A DNA stretch of 64,000 nt, from the NCBI GenBank assembly GCA_051362555.1, contig CM120641.1, positions 47,002,401-47,066,400 on the forward strand, written 5' to 3'. A program made the translations under genes and the position numbers. This DNA comes from Lingula anatina (Eukaryota > Animalia > Brachiopoda). Shown here piece by piece: positions 1 through 12,200 of this stretch. How positions within the stretch are numbered: the stretch's first letter is position 1; each line of letters begins with the position of its first letter. The notes below the pieces were generated by a model. The model saw only the letters and a list, made by a program, of their open reading frames with translations, was not told the origin of the DNA and made no database searches.

Positions 1-3000
1 GTACATCGTGCGTTGGATCTCCTCCTCGTGTAGGTCGACTACACTAAGAACATGTTGCACAATTAACTGCTGAGCCTCCTTGGTCTCCAGACGGATGATC
101 AAGTCGATGAACAGGTGGCGGTCATCTTGACATACAGTATCATTGACTGGACATCGGTCCTTAAGATACTGCTCCCCAAGTTGCACCAAGTCACTGGGGC
201 TCAACTGCTTTAAATGTTTTCGAAGAGTTACCACACAATCAACCCTCCCCGCTGCATCTGTTTAAAAACATAAAAGTAACATCATAGGTTTAACGTCTCC
301 CAAAGCGCCCCAGGGGATTAAGGCACGCCATGGCGCTCACAACCTCCCGTTCTGAAGTTTTTGAATTTAATATAAGAAAACGGGCGGAATTATTTGTCTT
401 CCAAACTTCTCCTTGAGCACCTCTCTAGGTGCCGTATCGAACTGTATTCAGGGCGTAGTTTACGTGTGTTTATCCCACAACAGTTACTTGCACATATTCT
501 ACAGAATTTTGCGAACTCGTTTAAATCTAATAGTGGATTTATATTACACATCTGATTTTCACATTCGGTTAAAATTAGAACTAATATACGACTGGGTGTA
601 TGTACTTAAAAACACGCAAAAAAGTACTCACGCTTATTTGTGTAGTTATGAATGCAAGATAACGCCTCTCCGATATGAGGCCTTGCTTCCTCCAGGCTTA
701 CATAAACGGTCTTTTGCTACAAAATATAATGAAAACAAGTGCGGAAAAATTTATAATATACTGTGGGAACAATGGCTTTGGTTCATACTTTGCGTAGTGT
801 AACTATCGTACAATAATTAGACAAGTCTACTGCATCGCACTGTATGTACAGTATACATGTGTGTGCGCACAGAAGCTATATAAAGCACAATCAACATTAG
901 TATTACTTGCAGGCTTAAAACCGACAACAAAAATATATCCACTGTCCATTTACACTGTACAATAATAATAATAATAAACGGTTCTATAAAAATACAATGT
1001 TTACTAAAGTCCAATGAAAAGTTGGTTTGTTAACGGCCATCAAACAGTTTGTGTGTCAAAACGCATTGTGGCCAAAGGTGGTTTAATTGTGCCCCAAAAG
1101 TAAAGATGCATTTTTTACAAATAACATATACATGTACGCAGGGCTAAAACATTCAAAATTTCATCGGCTATGATGAGATAAATGGGTGTACCTTTGGAAC
1201 TTCAATACTATCCTTAGTCAGACCACTTAACGTAGCATGTGTGTATTCCTTTGGTGCCAACTTTCTGTAATATAGCATTTACACTAAACGTTAAAACAAA
1301 TAAAACAGACGGCCTGTAAGGATTGACAGTCTTTGAAAGCATTTTGAAATATGATACATTTCGTAATTAAAACTCTTAAATGTAAAATTCAGACATACGT
1401 GTCTTTTTGACGAAATCGCGGGATAAGAAAAACGTTGTTGAATGATCGCCTGCTTTTACTCCACACCTTTTTTCTTATCGAAAGCTAACCTGCTACCTCC
1501 ACATAATTACCTTTTCTTTTTTAATTGAACTTCGCTTCTGGACGTTGTTTCAATATCCGGGAAATCTACAAGCAAATAAAATATTGTTAATCTTATCAGG
1601 GGGACATGGAATAATACATATATAATCATTTCATCAGATCGTAGATAAATAAATTGAATTTAATTAGTTGCAAAATGAAATGTGCTCAAGATTCTGTAGT
1701 GGTGAGTAGCTCAATCTTGTTGTCGCCGGAAGAGGAAAAAGAGCGGGTTGCTTATAAACTGACCTTTAACAGAAGTTGCCAACAATGAAATAAGAGTGAC
1801 AACTAACAAGATAAGACTGAAGAACGGTATCAAGGGAATATTGCAGGCGAGAAGCGGCATATTGTATACACATGTTTTGTACATGTGTGCATTTCCGGCA
1901 GAATGGCCAGTCGTTATAAAATATTTTCGTGTCAGAAGATTAACCTTATACTTACCGCCACTAATATCTTCTTTTATGATACTCTCTCCTGGCACAGGTG
2001 TCCTACTACAATAAAGGAGTTTCATGTCAAACGTAGACGGTGAACATAACTACTATAGTACCTATTGCCTCTTGGTTACAATTTTAAAACGCGTGGAAAC
2101 GAATTGATCGTATTAAAATGTTGAAGAAACACTACGATTTTCCGCGAATACAAACATATACTAAATAGCATGCAAAATCTAGAATATTTTGAAATTCTAC
2201 TTGTTGCACAATGTTAGACATTTCACATAGTTCACTTACCTTTGGAGATTTTGGCGTTTTTCTGGAGGTGTTTGGTCTTTCAACAGTATCTTGTCAACGG
2301 CCAATACATGCTCAACGTGGCCCGTGCGGTGTATTTTCATCGTCTAAATCAATATAAATTGATAAATAAAAATTAAATGATACAGAATCAATCAATGGAA
2401 TAACTGTCTACTGACTTTCGATTTAATTTTATTTCATGATTCACAGTCCGCTAAATTTGACATCACACAATACGGAATTATCATATCAGATGATTAAATA
2501 CGAAATTAATATTATAATAATTAAGTTTAATAATATAAGTTGAAGACGTACGTCTGCCTAACACTGTATATACTACAATATGGTTTATCCTTCAGCACAT
2601 GCACATATGACTTGAAACAAATATTGTACCTTGTCATGTTGTCTCTCCACGTCACGTAAACTACGATGTTGACGTCGTAGATGGATACCATCAGGTATTC
2701 GGGATAACTCGTACCATTGTTCTGCTTCACCTATAGAATCCCAATAAAGTTGCATGCAAGTGCGTGTATATGTGTATATGTTTATATAGAGTCTATTGAC
2801 CAAAGTGTGTGTTTACTGAATAAAAGAAAAAACAGAATGTACCGATAAAAAGAAAAACAGACTGAACAGCTACACGTACAAATCTTACCTGTGTGATCGG
2901 TCTCGTTCCGGTTGTAATGCCATGTTTCTGCATCTTGAAGCTAAGGAGGGACAAATAATCACCGTATAACGCCACTACTTTAAGTTATAAGAATTATACA

Positions 3001-4547
3001 ATGTAAACAAGTAGGAATCCAAAGGCTTACTTTCACGTACATGTACTTCACTATACTTCCAATCTGCATAAAAGAAGCCAAACAAATAATACAATCATTC
3101 CAAAAAACATAAATTATAAAAATATTTTATTAATTGCCCACGAAAGTTTCGACGGTTTTCTTTACCATAGTTCGGAACATATTTTGAGAATTCCATGGCC
3201 CTGCGGAACAATACCTGTACGTGAGCGGAGAGACTGCTGGCAAGCGCCTTCTTCAACATAATCAGCTCGTCCTTGTCGTCAGCATTGTGGTAGATGAGAT
3301 CGATCAGACCAGATGGTTTGGAGGTGAAGAAAAATCTGAAGTAACGGAAGTGGGGAAGCAACCAATACATGTAATACAAAAACAGTGAACCAATCAAGTA
3401 TATCAATAAAGTAACGGAATAAAGTTAATTTGAACGATTCGAGGTACTGATTTTAATCAGAAAATAAATCCAATATTAAAAAAAACACAATTAATTTCCC
3501 CGTGCGAAATATATATGTTATCACAGACGCACATTGTTTGCAACAAAACTAAATGAACACATTTTCTGTCCACCTATCACAATTAATATTATTGTGTTTC
3601 TGCAATTATCAAATCTCCAGGAAGAGCTAATTACGGTTTGTCGATTAAATACCTACGGTTGATTAAAATCCCATCTCAACGGATTATCAGACGCTGAAGA
3701 AAAAGAAGGCGACTTTATTAACGACCGCAAATATTGTAAGGTGTTTATCAAAACTTTTGCAGCAAGACGTTTATATGATCGCGTTCTCCGAGGAACTGAG
3801 TCTTTACCTGTTGTCGATATAGTATATCTTATTTAACGTATCTACTCTATTCAATACAGTGCCTATATCTTTGCCATGACAGAAATTGTCAGAAAAAAAT
3901 TCCTACCATGACCTTCTTGCGACCTCTGGAAAAAGCTGTCAACGAACAGCTGATGAAGACGATCCCCATTATCTGTGTTATTCACATAGCGAATCCGCAG
4001 CTATAAAACAAGAAAGTATAAAGTATAACAGTATAAAAGCACACACACACATCGTAACATTTTCAGGTAAATTGCATTACGCAACTGTATGGGAAACAGA
4101 TATAGAAATTATTTTTATCCGAGGACTGGAAAAATATTACAGCATGTACCTTGCTGGGCCAAAAATGTGATTTTTTAACCGTCTGTCTTCTCATATTAAC
4201 ATGTCTTACAGAGAAATGTATAATTAAAAAAATATTTTATATGCATATCAGTGCCTTAGGAAACAATATTTAATTACAGATGTTCATGTGCCCAGATTGT
4301 AGTTGTTAATGTCGGCATGATGTACAACTATCAGTGACTGCACAAACAAAAGCCTTGTTTCTGTTCTTAGTCACTGACTTCACTGTAGCAAATCCCAACA
4401 TATTACCTGTACAATTGTTGTCACATTGTGTAAACCGAACACGTCTGCCTGGGACGAGTAAGTGTAGTGGTAGTCGTGGTTTTCCTCGAACAAAATGAAT
4501 GGTTGGACAACAGGAAAACAAAGTATGAACAGTATCGCGATCCCCAT
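1..4547 (-). CDS. Secreted protein with N-terminal vitellogenin/lipoprotein (LPD_N, Vitellogenin_N)-like domain; 5' 12 exons, gene continues beyond left edge
   Basis: Phase-consistent GT-AG exons: 4547-4407, 4000-3907, 3693-3657, 3335-3215, 2940-2889, 2730-2630, 2343-2240, 2002(or 2005, NAGNAG)-1956, 1565-1511, 1264-1192, 716-632, 257-<1. Translation: MGIAILFILCFPVVQP (signal peptide) FILFEENHDYHYTYSSQ...WDFNQPFFFTSKPSGLIDLIYHNADDKDELIMLKKALASSLSAHVQ...WHYNRNETDHTGEAEQWY...RHLFIDLIIRLETKEAQQLIVQHVL. The F..xxYxYxY start, F-x-F...G-x-I...KK-x-L-x-S-x-L motif, E-x-D-x-x-G motif and later helical region match the large lipid transfer protein N-terminal barrel and helical domain. Confidence 0.85.
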
Positions 4548-6213
4548 CTTGTTGTTTTACATCTCTAAGGTTGAATATTATACCAGTTAGCAATGTAGTA
4601 AGGGGGTGGACTATTTTATGACGGCCATGAAAATATCGATGTGTGACGAGGCCATGGGTAAAGCCTACGAAAACAGAGTACAAGCGGTACGTGAGTAAAT
4701 AGGCTTACATTCCATTTCACTTAAACATGGCACCGTTCTTTGATAAAATAACAACACCAAGTAAAATAAATTGCATACAGGATCAATAAAGGAATTTAAT
4801 CAATAATATCATTTATTCTCGTATAAACTTACAGTAACGCCAGAAAGTATCTTTACTTCGTTTGGTCGCCATACCCAGCACCGTATGGTGCATATTTCCC
4901 TTATGGCATTTGTAGGGTACCTGTCGGTGCATCAGCTAGAAGCACCCCCCGCGGTTAACTAGTTGGCCACAACGTTCGTTTCTAAATTACCATTCCTTTT
5001 TATCTATCTATCTATCTATATAAACAAACGTTTATTTTATCTATAGTACATAAAGCACCTCTTCTTGAATTTATCTTAAGACTACTAATACTTTTGAACT
5101 TTTAATCACAGATAAATGAATCAATTATAAACTAATGTCGCCAACAATATTCAGTTTTGAATCCAGAGGTCAAAGCTGGAGGTTATGACGGAGTTTGAAA
5201 AACCATAACAAGCGCGGGTTACGACCTTTTTAATTTCACATAGTCTTACAAATTTATGTCAAAACTTTATCAAATATTGTTTAACGAGAGAAAAAAATGT
5301 TCTTCTATTCCAGGAAATGCGTTGATATGAATGTGCGGGGAATCTTGCGCTGGGCACCTTTAAACGCACGACACGGTCAGATGCAATCTTCATCTGTATA
5401 AGTGTTTTCAGGAAATACCATACAACGGAAGGTAATGAGGTATTATAAATTAATCCAAACAGAGTATAGACAAAGCTGTTTTTATAAACAATGTACATGT
5501 AACTGCGAAAGGGAGCATATCTACTGAGAAACGCGTGACGTACACGTACGGCACAAGTATGTTAACATAATTTCTGGCGGTACTGTACACTGTACATACA
5601 CTTTGTACAGTCGTTCCTGTACAATTGTGGTGACACCGTGTCATAAATATCTTTGAAGAGTAAGTTTAATGGTAGTCGTGATTTCCCCCAAAATATCAGT
5701 GGTAGAGTCCAAGGCAGACTAAAGAGCTAGCGTTAGAAACGTGTTCAAGAAATTGGGTTTACTGGCAGCGCTAGCGTGATAAACTGCTCTTAGAACTATT
5801 TTCCTTGCGTAGTTAATAATGAAGTAATTTTATGGTTGCCACATGATAGGAAGTGAATGTTTGGTATTATCAATCAAACTGTTGTGACACCGGCAATTGG
5901 GCCAAAAGGGGGTTCATCTGGCTGCTCATCGATGCACTCCGCGGGTGCCTAGAAAAAAAATCACGTGGTATTAATAACGTTGATGCAAATCCAACTTCTA
6001 CTGATACCACAGTTCCTGTTTTCCTTTAATTTTTACTGTGGAATATACCATAGGGATGCTTCGCATTGACAGGAAATACTACTGTGCATAAGTGATGCTA
6101 AATAAAGAAATACCTTGCAGAAGAATAACATATCTACCAGCAGTCGTATATAGATGCTTGGAACTTTGAACAAATAAGCTGTGGATTTTATATGTAACTC
6201 CTAAGAGGGCATC
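4548..6213. promoter_or_regulatory. Head-to-head intergenic region, candidate bidirectional promoter
   Basis: Divergent start codons at 4547 (-) and 6214 (+), about 1.67 kb apart. An E-box-like CACGTG lies at ~5962. Transcription starts cannot be seen from sequence. Confidence 0.45.
5617..5700 (-). pseudogene. Decayed duplicate of the first coding exon of the vitellogenin-like gene
   Basis: Minus strand reads GGAAATCACGACTACCATTAAACTTACTCTTC...GTCACCACAATTGTACAG|ga versus GAAAACCACGACTACCACTACACTTACTCGTC...GTGACAACAATTGTACAG|gt in the live exon. It carries an in-frame TAC>TAA, a small deletion and a donor GT>GA. Confidence 0.75.
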
Positions 6214-9200
6214 ATGGTGTCAGCAGGTGTCCTATTGCGGATATCAGTGCTTTTATCAGTGGTTTGTGTTGTGGAAAGTCTTTCAGGGTGAGTACTAATT
6301 TTTTTAGGAGAGCACCCAGATGAGCCAGATCCCTCAGTAGATTAAGCAATTCGGCACCACAACTATCGAACGTTACCGGGTATTTTATGATTGTGTGGTC
6401 TGTAAATTTACATATAAAATCAATATTTAAAAGATACTCATACAATCCAATTCCAATATGCCAATATTGTTGTTTTTGCGCTGAGAAAAAGGTAATAAAA
6501 TTTCAACTCCCAATGAAATTATTTTTTCAATACGGTGGCCACTGAGAGTAGACACAAGACAGCATCTTTATGCATTCAGGTAAAACAGGTGCACAGCGTT
6601 TTTGTATGACCATGTATTATTGTCTTGGCTTTTGTAGTAACCGCATAAAAGACGATACGTTTGTACGTAGAGCGTGATATAAAAATGTTAGCTACTGGTA
6701 TTGTTGCAATGCATGTTCATGAAATGGGTGTAACCATGAACTTGCGAAAAATGTCATTGAATAATCATTGCTGTACTTTGGTGCATTTAAAGACATGTAA
6801 CATTACAGGAGTGTGTGTTCAGATCAGTCGTCCATGGTGACATATGCCTATGTGAGAGCAAGCAGAATGACAACAGTTTCTTACCATGCCAAATGCGGGT
6901 TTTGGGGATGGAAAAGATGCAAAAATTACAGGTATGCAGTGTATTGCAGAGCTCCATTTGTTAATAGCAATAGGAATCTGTTGAACAAAGATGAAAACAC
7001 CATTTCAACAATTCAATTCTATTTTAGTTATACATGTGTTACGTGTATGTGCAATTGCATTAAGCCTATTGTTGAGTCCATCTTTGGCAAAAACATGGAG
7101 TGTACAATATACCCGTACTAGGATTAAGAATGTGTACATTTACCCCGTGGACCATTTGAAGATTACACTGCGATTAATGCGGTGGAAAATACAATAGAGA
7201 AAGTGCATAATGATAGGGTCGCTAAACGATTATTGACGGCATATAGCAACTAGCCTAATCCCCTGGTCGCCTGGGTAGCCACGCCCCCTTAGAGTACTTA
7301 TGTAAACAAACGGTCTCCCGTAGCGAACTATCCTTTTGTTCAACAGCTTCGCGCGTGCAGCTGATTATGTATGTAGTGACACTATAGCTAACTGCATATA
7401 AATTTGTGCTAGCTGTTATTTGATTCATTCTGCTGTGTCGGATGTTGTGGATCAGCCCACTGGTTCGTTGACTTATGTTTTTCTGAAGATTGGTGGTGCA
7501 GATTTTGAGTGCTTAATTATTTACCCTCCTTCTAACAAGAGAAAGGGGAAGGGAGATAAAAAGAGAGAATGTCCAATGAAACGGGTAATGAGTAATACAT
7601 TACATTAAATAAAGGGACTCGCGGTGGAAGAAACGATAGACTGTTTTGCATCAAGGTATGCCATTATAATCCGACATGGCCCATAACATGATCCATAACA
7701 TGACTCATTGTTGTATGCCTTATATTTGTGCCGACTTATATTTTACTCTCGTTCATTTCGTGAAACTATTTCCTTGAATAAAGTTTTGCCTGTATAAATT
7801 AACTTTGTGACATGAAGTAATAAATAAAACGCGCCTGTTGAAAAGGGGGCTTTTCGTAACTAATAAAGGATCACTATTCAGAAAAATATCGTCGCCGTTC
7901 GTCGCCGCTACCTACAGGAAAGCGTACCCTCCGCGTGGATCACCGGCATTTTTGATTATCTGACAAATTATGGCAATTTACGTTTTAGCTAATAATTCTG
8001 AATTTACTAATATTTTGGACTAAATTCGATGTCAGATTCATAGCAATGACGGAGAGCCGCCAGAGTAACTGTTTAATTTTCTAAACTAATCAAACTAGAA
8101 CGCGTGGCGATAAAATGTGTCGCTAGATCTTGTAAACACTCAGCGAAATGCACCTAGTGACTATATTCAATGTGCCGTCACTTAATTGCTTTCTCGATTT
8201 CATTAATTGACGATAGTAATTGCAGATAACAAGGAAGAGGAAATGCTGAAGACAAAACAACGTCGGGTCTTTGTGTGACTTTCTCCCTAAACACTTTTTA
8301 TGTTGCTGTCAAAGAAAAAGGAGTCTAGATAGCGATTATTTAAACCACTGCTGCTGCTTTTGCAGGTAGACTACCTCGTTTAGCATTTAAATGCTCCCCT
8401 CCCCCAGCAGACCCAACTTGATGCATGTACGTCTTGGTAGCTATAGTACAGATCTTGGTTCAAGTAATGAAAGGTTTAAGCACAAAACGATAGTTTGAGG
8501 CTATTTTTTCATTCAAGACAAAATAAAGTATCTATGGTGTGTAACAATAGGGACTTTACAAACCTTAATTTGTCCTTAAATATATATTCCAGTAGCATAG
8601 GCGAGCGACGTAATTGTAACCTCAACTTGAGGTATCCTCGATGAAAGCGGAGTACAAAAATTAACTTTTTTAAATATCGTTTACAACATGCTGTACAATG
8701 ATATTGAGACTAAAGGGTTTAATGGACTTCTTTGCCTTAAAAGCAATTCATTTCAAAATTAAAAGAAACCGTTTTTTTCGGGGAGCGCGGGTAGACAGTT
8801 TACCGTACTCGGATTAAGAATGTGTACATTTACCCCGTGGACCATTTGAAGATTACACTGCGATTAATGCGGTGGAAAATACAATAGAGAGAGTGTATAA
8901 TGATAGGGTCGCTAAACGATTGTTGACGGCATATAGTAACTAGCCTAATCCCTTGGTCGCCTGGGTAGCCACGCCCCCTTAGAGTACTTATGTAAACAAA
9001 CGGTCTCCCGTAGCGAACTATCCTTTTGTTCAACAGCTTCGCGCGTGCAGCTGATTATGTATGTAGTGACACTATAGCTAACTGCATATAAATTTGTGCT
9101 AGCTGTTATTTGATTCATTCTGCTGTGTCAGATGTTGTGGATCAGCCCACTGGTTCGTTGACTTCTGTTTTTCTGAAGATTGGTGGTGCAGATTTTGAGT

Positions 9201-12200
9201 GCTTAATTATGTACCCTCCTTCTAACAAGAGAAAGGGGAAGGGAGATAAAAAGAGAGAGTGTCAAATGAAACGGGTAATGAGTAATACATTACATTAAAT
9301 AAAGGGACTCGCGGTGGAAGAAACGATAGACTGTTTTGCATCAAGGTATGCCATTATAATCCGACAAGGCCCATAACATGATCCATAACATGACTCATTG
9401 TTGTATGCCTTATATTTGTGCCGACTAATATTTTACTCTCGTTCATTTCGTGAAACTATTTCCTTAAAATAAAGTTTTGCCTGTATAAATTAACTTTGTG
9501 ACATGAAGTAATTAATAAAACGCGCCTGTTGAAAAGGGGGCTTTTCGTAACTAATAAAGGTTCACTATTCAGAAAAATATCGTCGCCGTTCGTCGCCGCT
9601 ACCTTCAGGAAAGCGCACCCTCCGCGTGGATCACCGGCATTTTTGATTATCTGACAAATTAGGGCAATTTACGTTTTAGCTAATAATTCTGAATTTACTA
9701 ATATTTTGGACTAAATTTGATGTCACATTCATAGCAATGACGGAGAGCCGACAGAGTAACTGTTTAATTTCCTAAACTAATCAAACTAGAACGCGTGGCG
9801 ATAAAATGTGTCGCTAGATCTTGTAAACACTCAGCGAAATGCACCTAGTGACTATATTCAATGTGCCGTCACTTAATTGCTTTCTCGATTTCATTAATTG
9901 ACGATAGTAATTGCAGATAACAAGGAAGAGGAAATGCTGAAGACAAAACAACGTCGGGTCTTTGTGTGACTCTCTCCCTAAACACTTTTTATGTTGCTGT
10001 CAAAGAAAAAGGAGTCTAGATAGCGATTATTTAAACCACTGCTGCTGCTTTTGCAGGTAGACTTCCTCGTTTATCATTTAAATGCTCCCCTCCCCCAGCA
10101 GACCCAACTTGATGCATGTACGTCTTGGTAGCTATAGTACAGATCTTGGTTCAAGTAATGAAAGGTTTAAGCACAAAACGATAATTTGAGGCTTTTTTTT
10201 CATTCAAGACAAAATAAAGTATCTATGGTGTGTGACAATAGGGACTTTACAAAGCTTAATTTGTCCTTAAATATATATTCCAGTAGCATAGGCGAGCGAC
10301 GTAATTGTAACCTCAACTTGAGGTATCCTCGATGAAAGCGGAGTACAAAAATTAACTTTTTTAAATATCGATTACAACATGCTGTACAATGATATTGAGA
10401 CTAAAGGGTTTAATGGACTTCTTTGCCTTAAAAGCAATTCATTTCAAAATTAAAAGAAACAGTTTTTTTCGGGGAGCGCGGGTAGACAGTTTACGTCAGG
10501 TGATTCGTTAAAGTCGAGGAGTGTTTCACTATCAAATGTGTAAATCATATATGTCATAAAACACTATAAGAAAGTTTTTTGTTACGATCTGCAACATTTG
10601 TTCATTTATATAGCAGGGCGAAGTTAAAGCCAGAGGTAAATAGAACCTAATACCGTAATCCTCCTCGTCCATTTATTTAAATCGTATCAAAACGTTTGAT
10701 ACACAATGTTCATTAAATTAATAATTTTAGCGATTTATTAAAACCATATTGGTACATAAAAGTTTAAGATTAGCATAAGTTAAGCAACAACCAGTATGAA
10801 GAACAACACCCTTTTTAAATGAGGCAAGACACCCTCTTCACACTGATTATAACCTTGAGAAAGACATTATGCAACTTAAGGTAAAGGAGTTCTTTCATCT
10901 CGTGTGTGAATACAACACATTCTTTGTCACTTTTACAAGACAATGGAGGCGAGCAAGTAGAGTAATTACAATACACAATAAAAAGGACATTAGTATAGAA
11001 AGCTTACTTCGGGTCAGCCCTTTGCTTGTTCGAATGAAAGAGATACCTGTAGATATCGCGCCGCGACTCCCTTTATTAAACCTTCGTGTGTTTGTGTAAA
11101 AGTGTGAAAGACAGGCAACGGTCTTTAGTCGCTGTTGATATTGTTCGCGATTAATATTGAAGTATAACTCCTTCGCCTGCATGTAAACGTGTTACTTTTC
11201 CTCATGTTCTCTATATTTCTTTTAGGTGGTTGAGACAATGGGATGAGATCGATAAAAGTAAAGGTTAATCTAAACAATTAGATGCGATTTTTGTGAAATG
11301 ACTTATTAAGTGATGTGCATGTACCTAGCATGTTTAAATTCTTGAATTTCTAATTTGTTAAATCTTTCATACACGGCCTCATATATGTATTACTCTCAGG
11401 CCTTCGATATTAGTGTGTTACACGGGACTCCTGGAAACCTGAAGCACAGGTCTACGGAGTCTTGTTATCCTTCATGCAGTTTTATGGCTGGGATGAACAC
11501 TGCGAAGTAGAATCAGGCTTTACTTAGCTTTACTTGATGCACGACAGTTTAAACAAAACCATTCTGCAAGGCTTGCTTTGATTTGGCGTTACCCTTACAC
11601 TGGTTTAAAAAGAACAAATATAAATATGTTCGATGGATTAGATGCCGGCTTTGTTATATTTTAACATTTGCATTTGCACAGTTACACAGATAATATTTTT
11701 AAGTTGTCTGTCGTTCGGCACGCATTATAGGCGAGTAGCTAAATAGTGACGGTGATCAATCCAAGCTCAATCTTGGCAAGTATCGTTTACAAAATAGATC
11801 ATGTTGAATAAACTTAATTACGCTTTAATAAATAATCAACACATGGTTCGGTTATTGTCACTTGAAAGCTTTCGATCAAAGACGTTCAATGAAATCACAA
11901 ATCATTTGACGATTAAAAAATGGACATGTTCAAGGGGCAGTTTTTGTTTCAGATAAAGGGACTTCAGGTTCAGGTAGAGGGTGCAGTTACGTGTTTCATC
12001 GGATGATAGCATCACGCCCTAGGTCTAAGCGAGTTGAATAGAAGCTTTTTATCCAAACATCCTATTCCTAACTACTGAGTTAGGACAAAGGTCTAGTAAC
12101 ATGCACTGTGCAATTACTATTAATGGATCAGACGCATACTTGATTGTTTTTCCTCTGGTGTCGCACGTATGCATCCTTTCTTGAGTGATCTAAAACAAGT

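Noticed and set aside
1-4547. Naming the gene vitellogenin (Vtg) or MTTP
   Set aside because: Only a divergent N-terminal region is visible, so orthology cannot be established.
8778-8803. tRNA-like 5' end GGGGAGCGCGGGTAGACAGTT
   Set aside because: No B-box, T-arm or acceptor-stem partner downstream.
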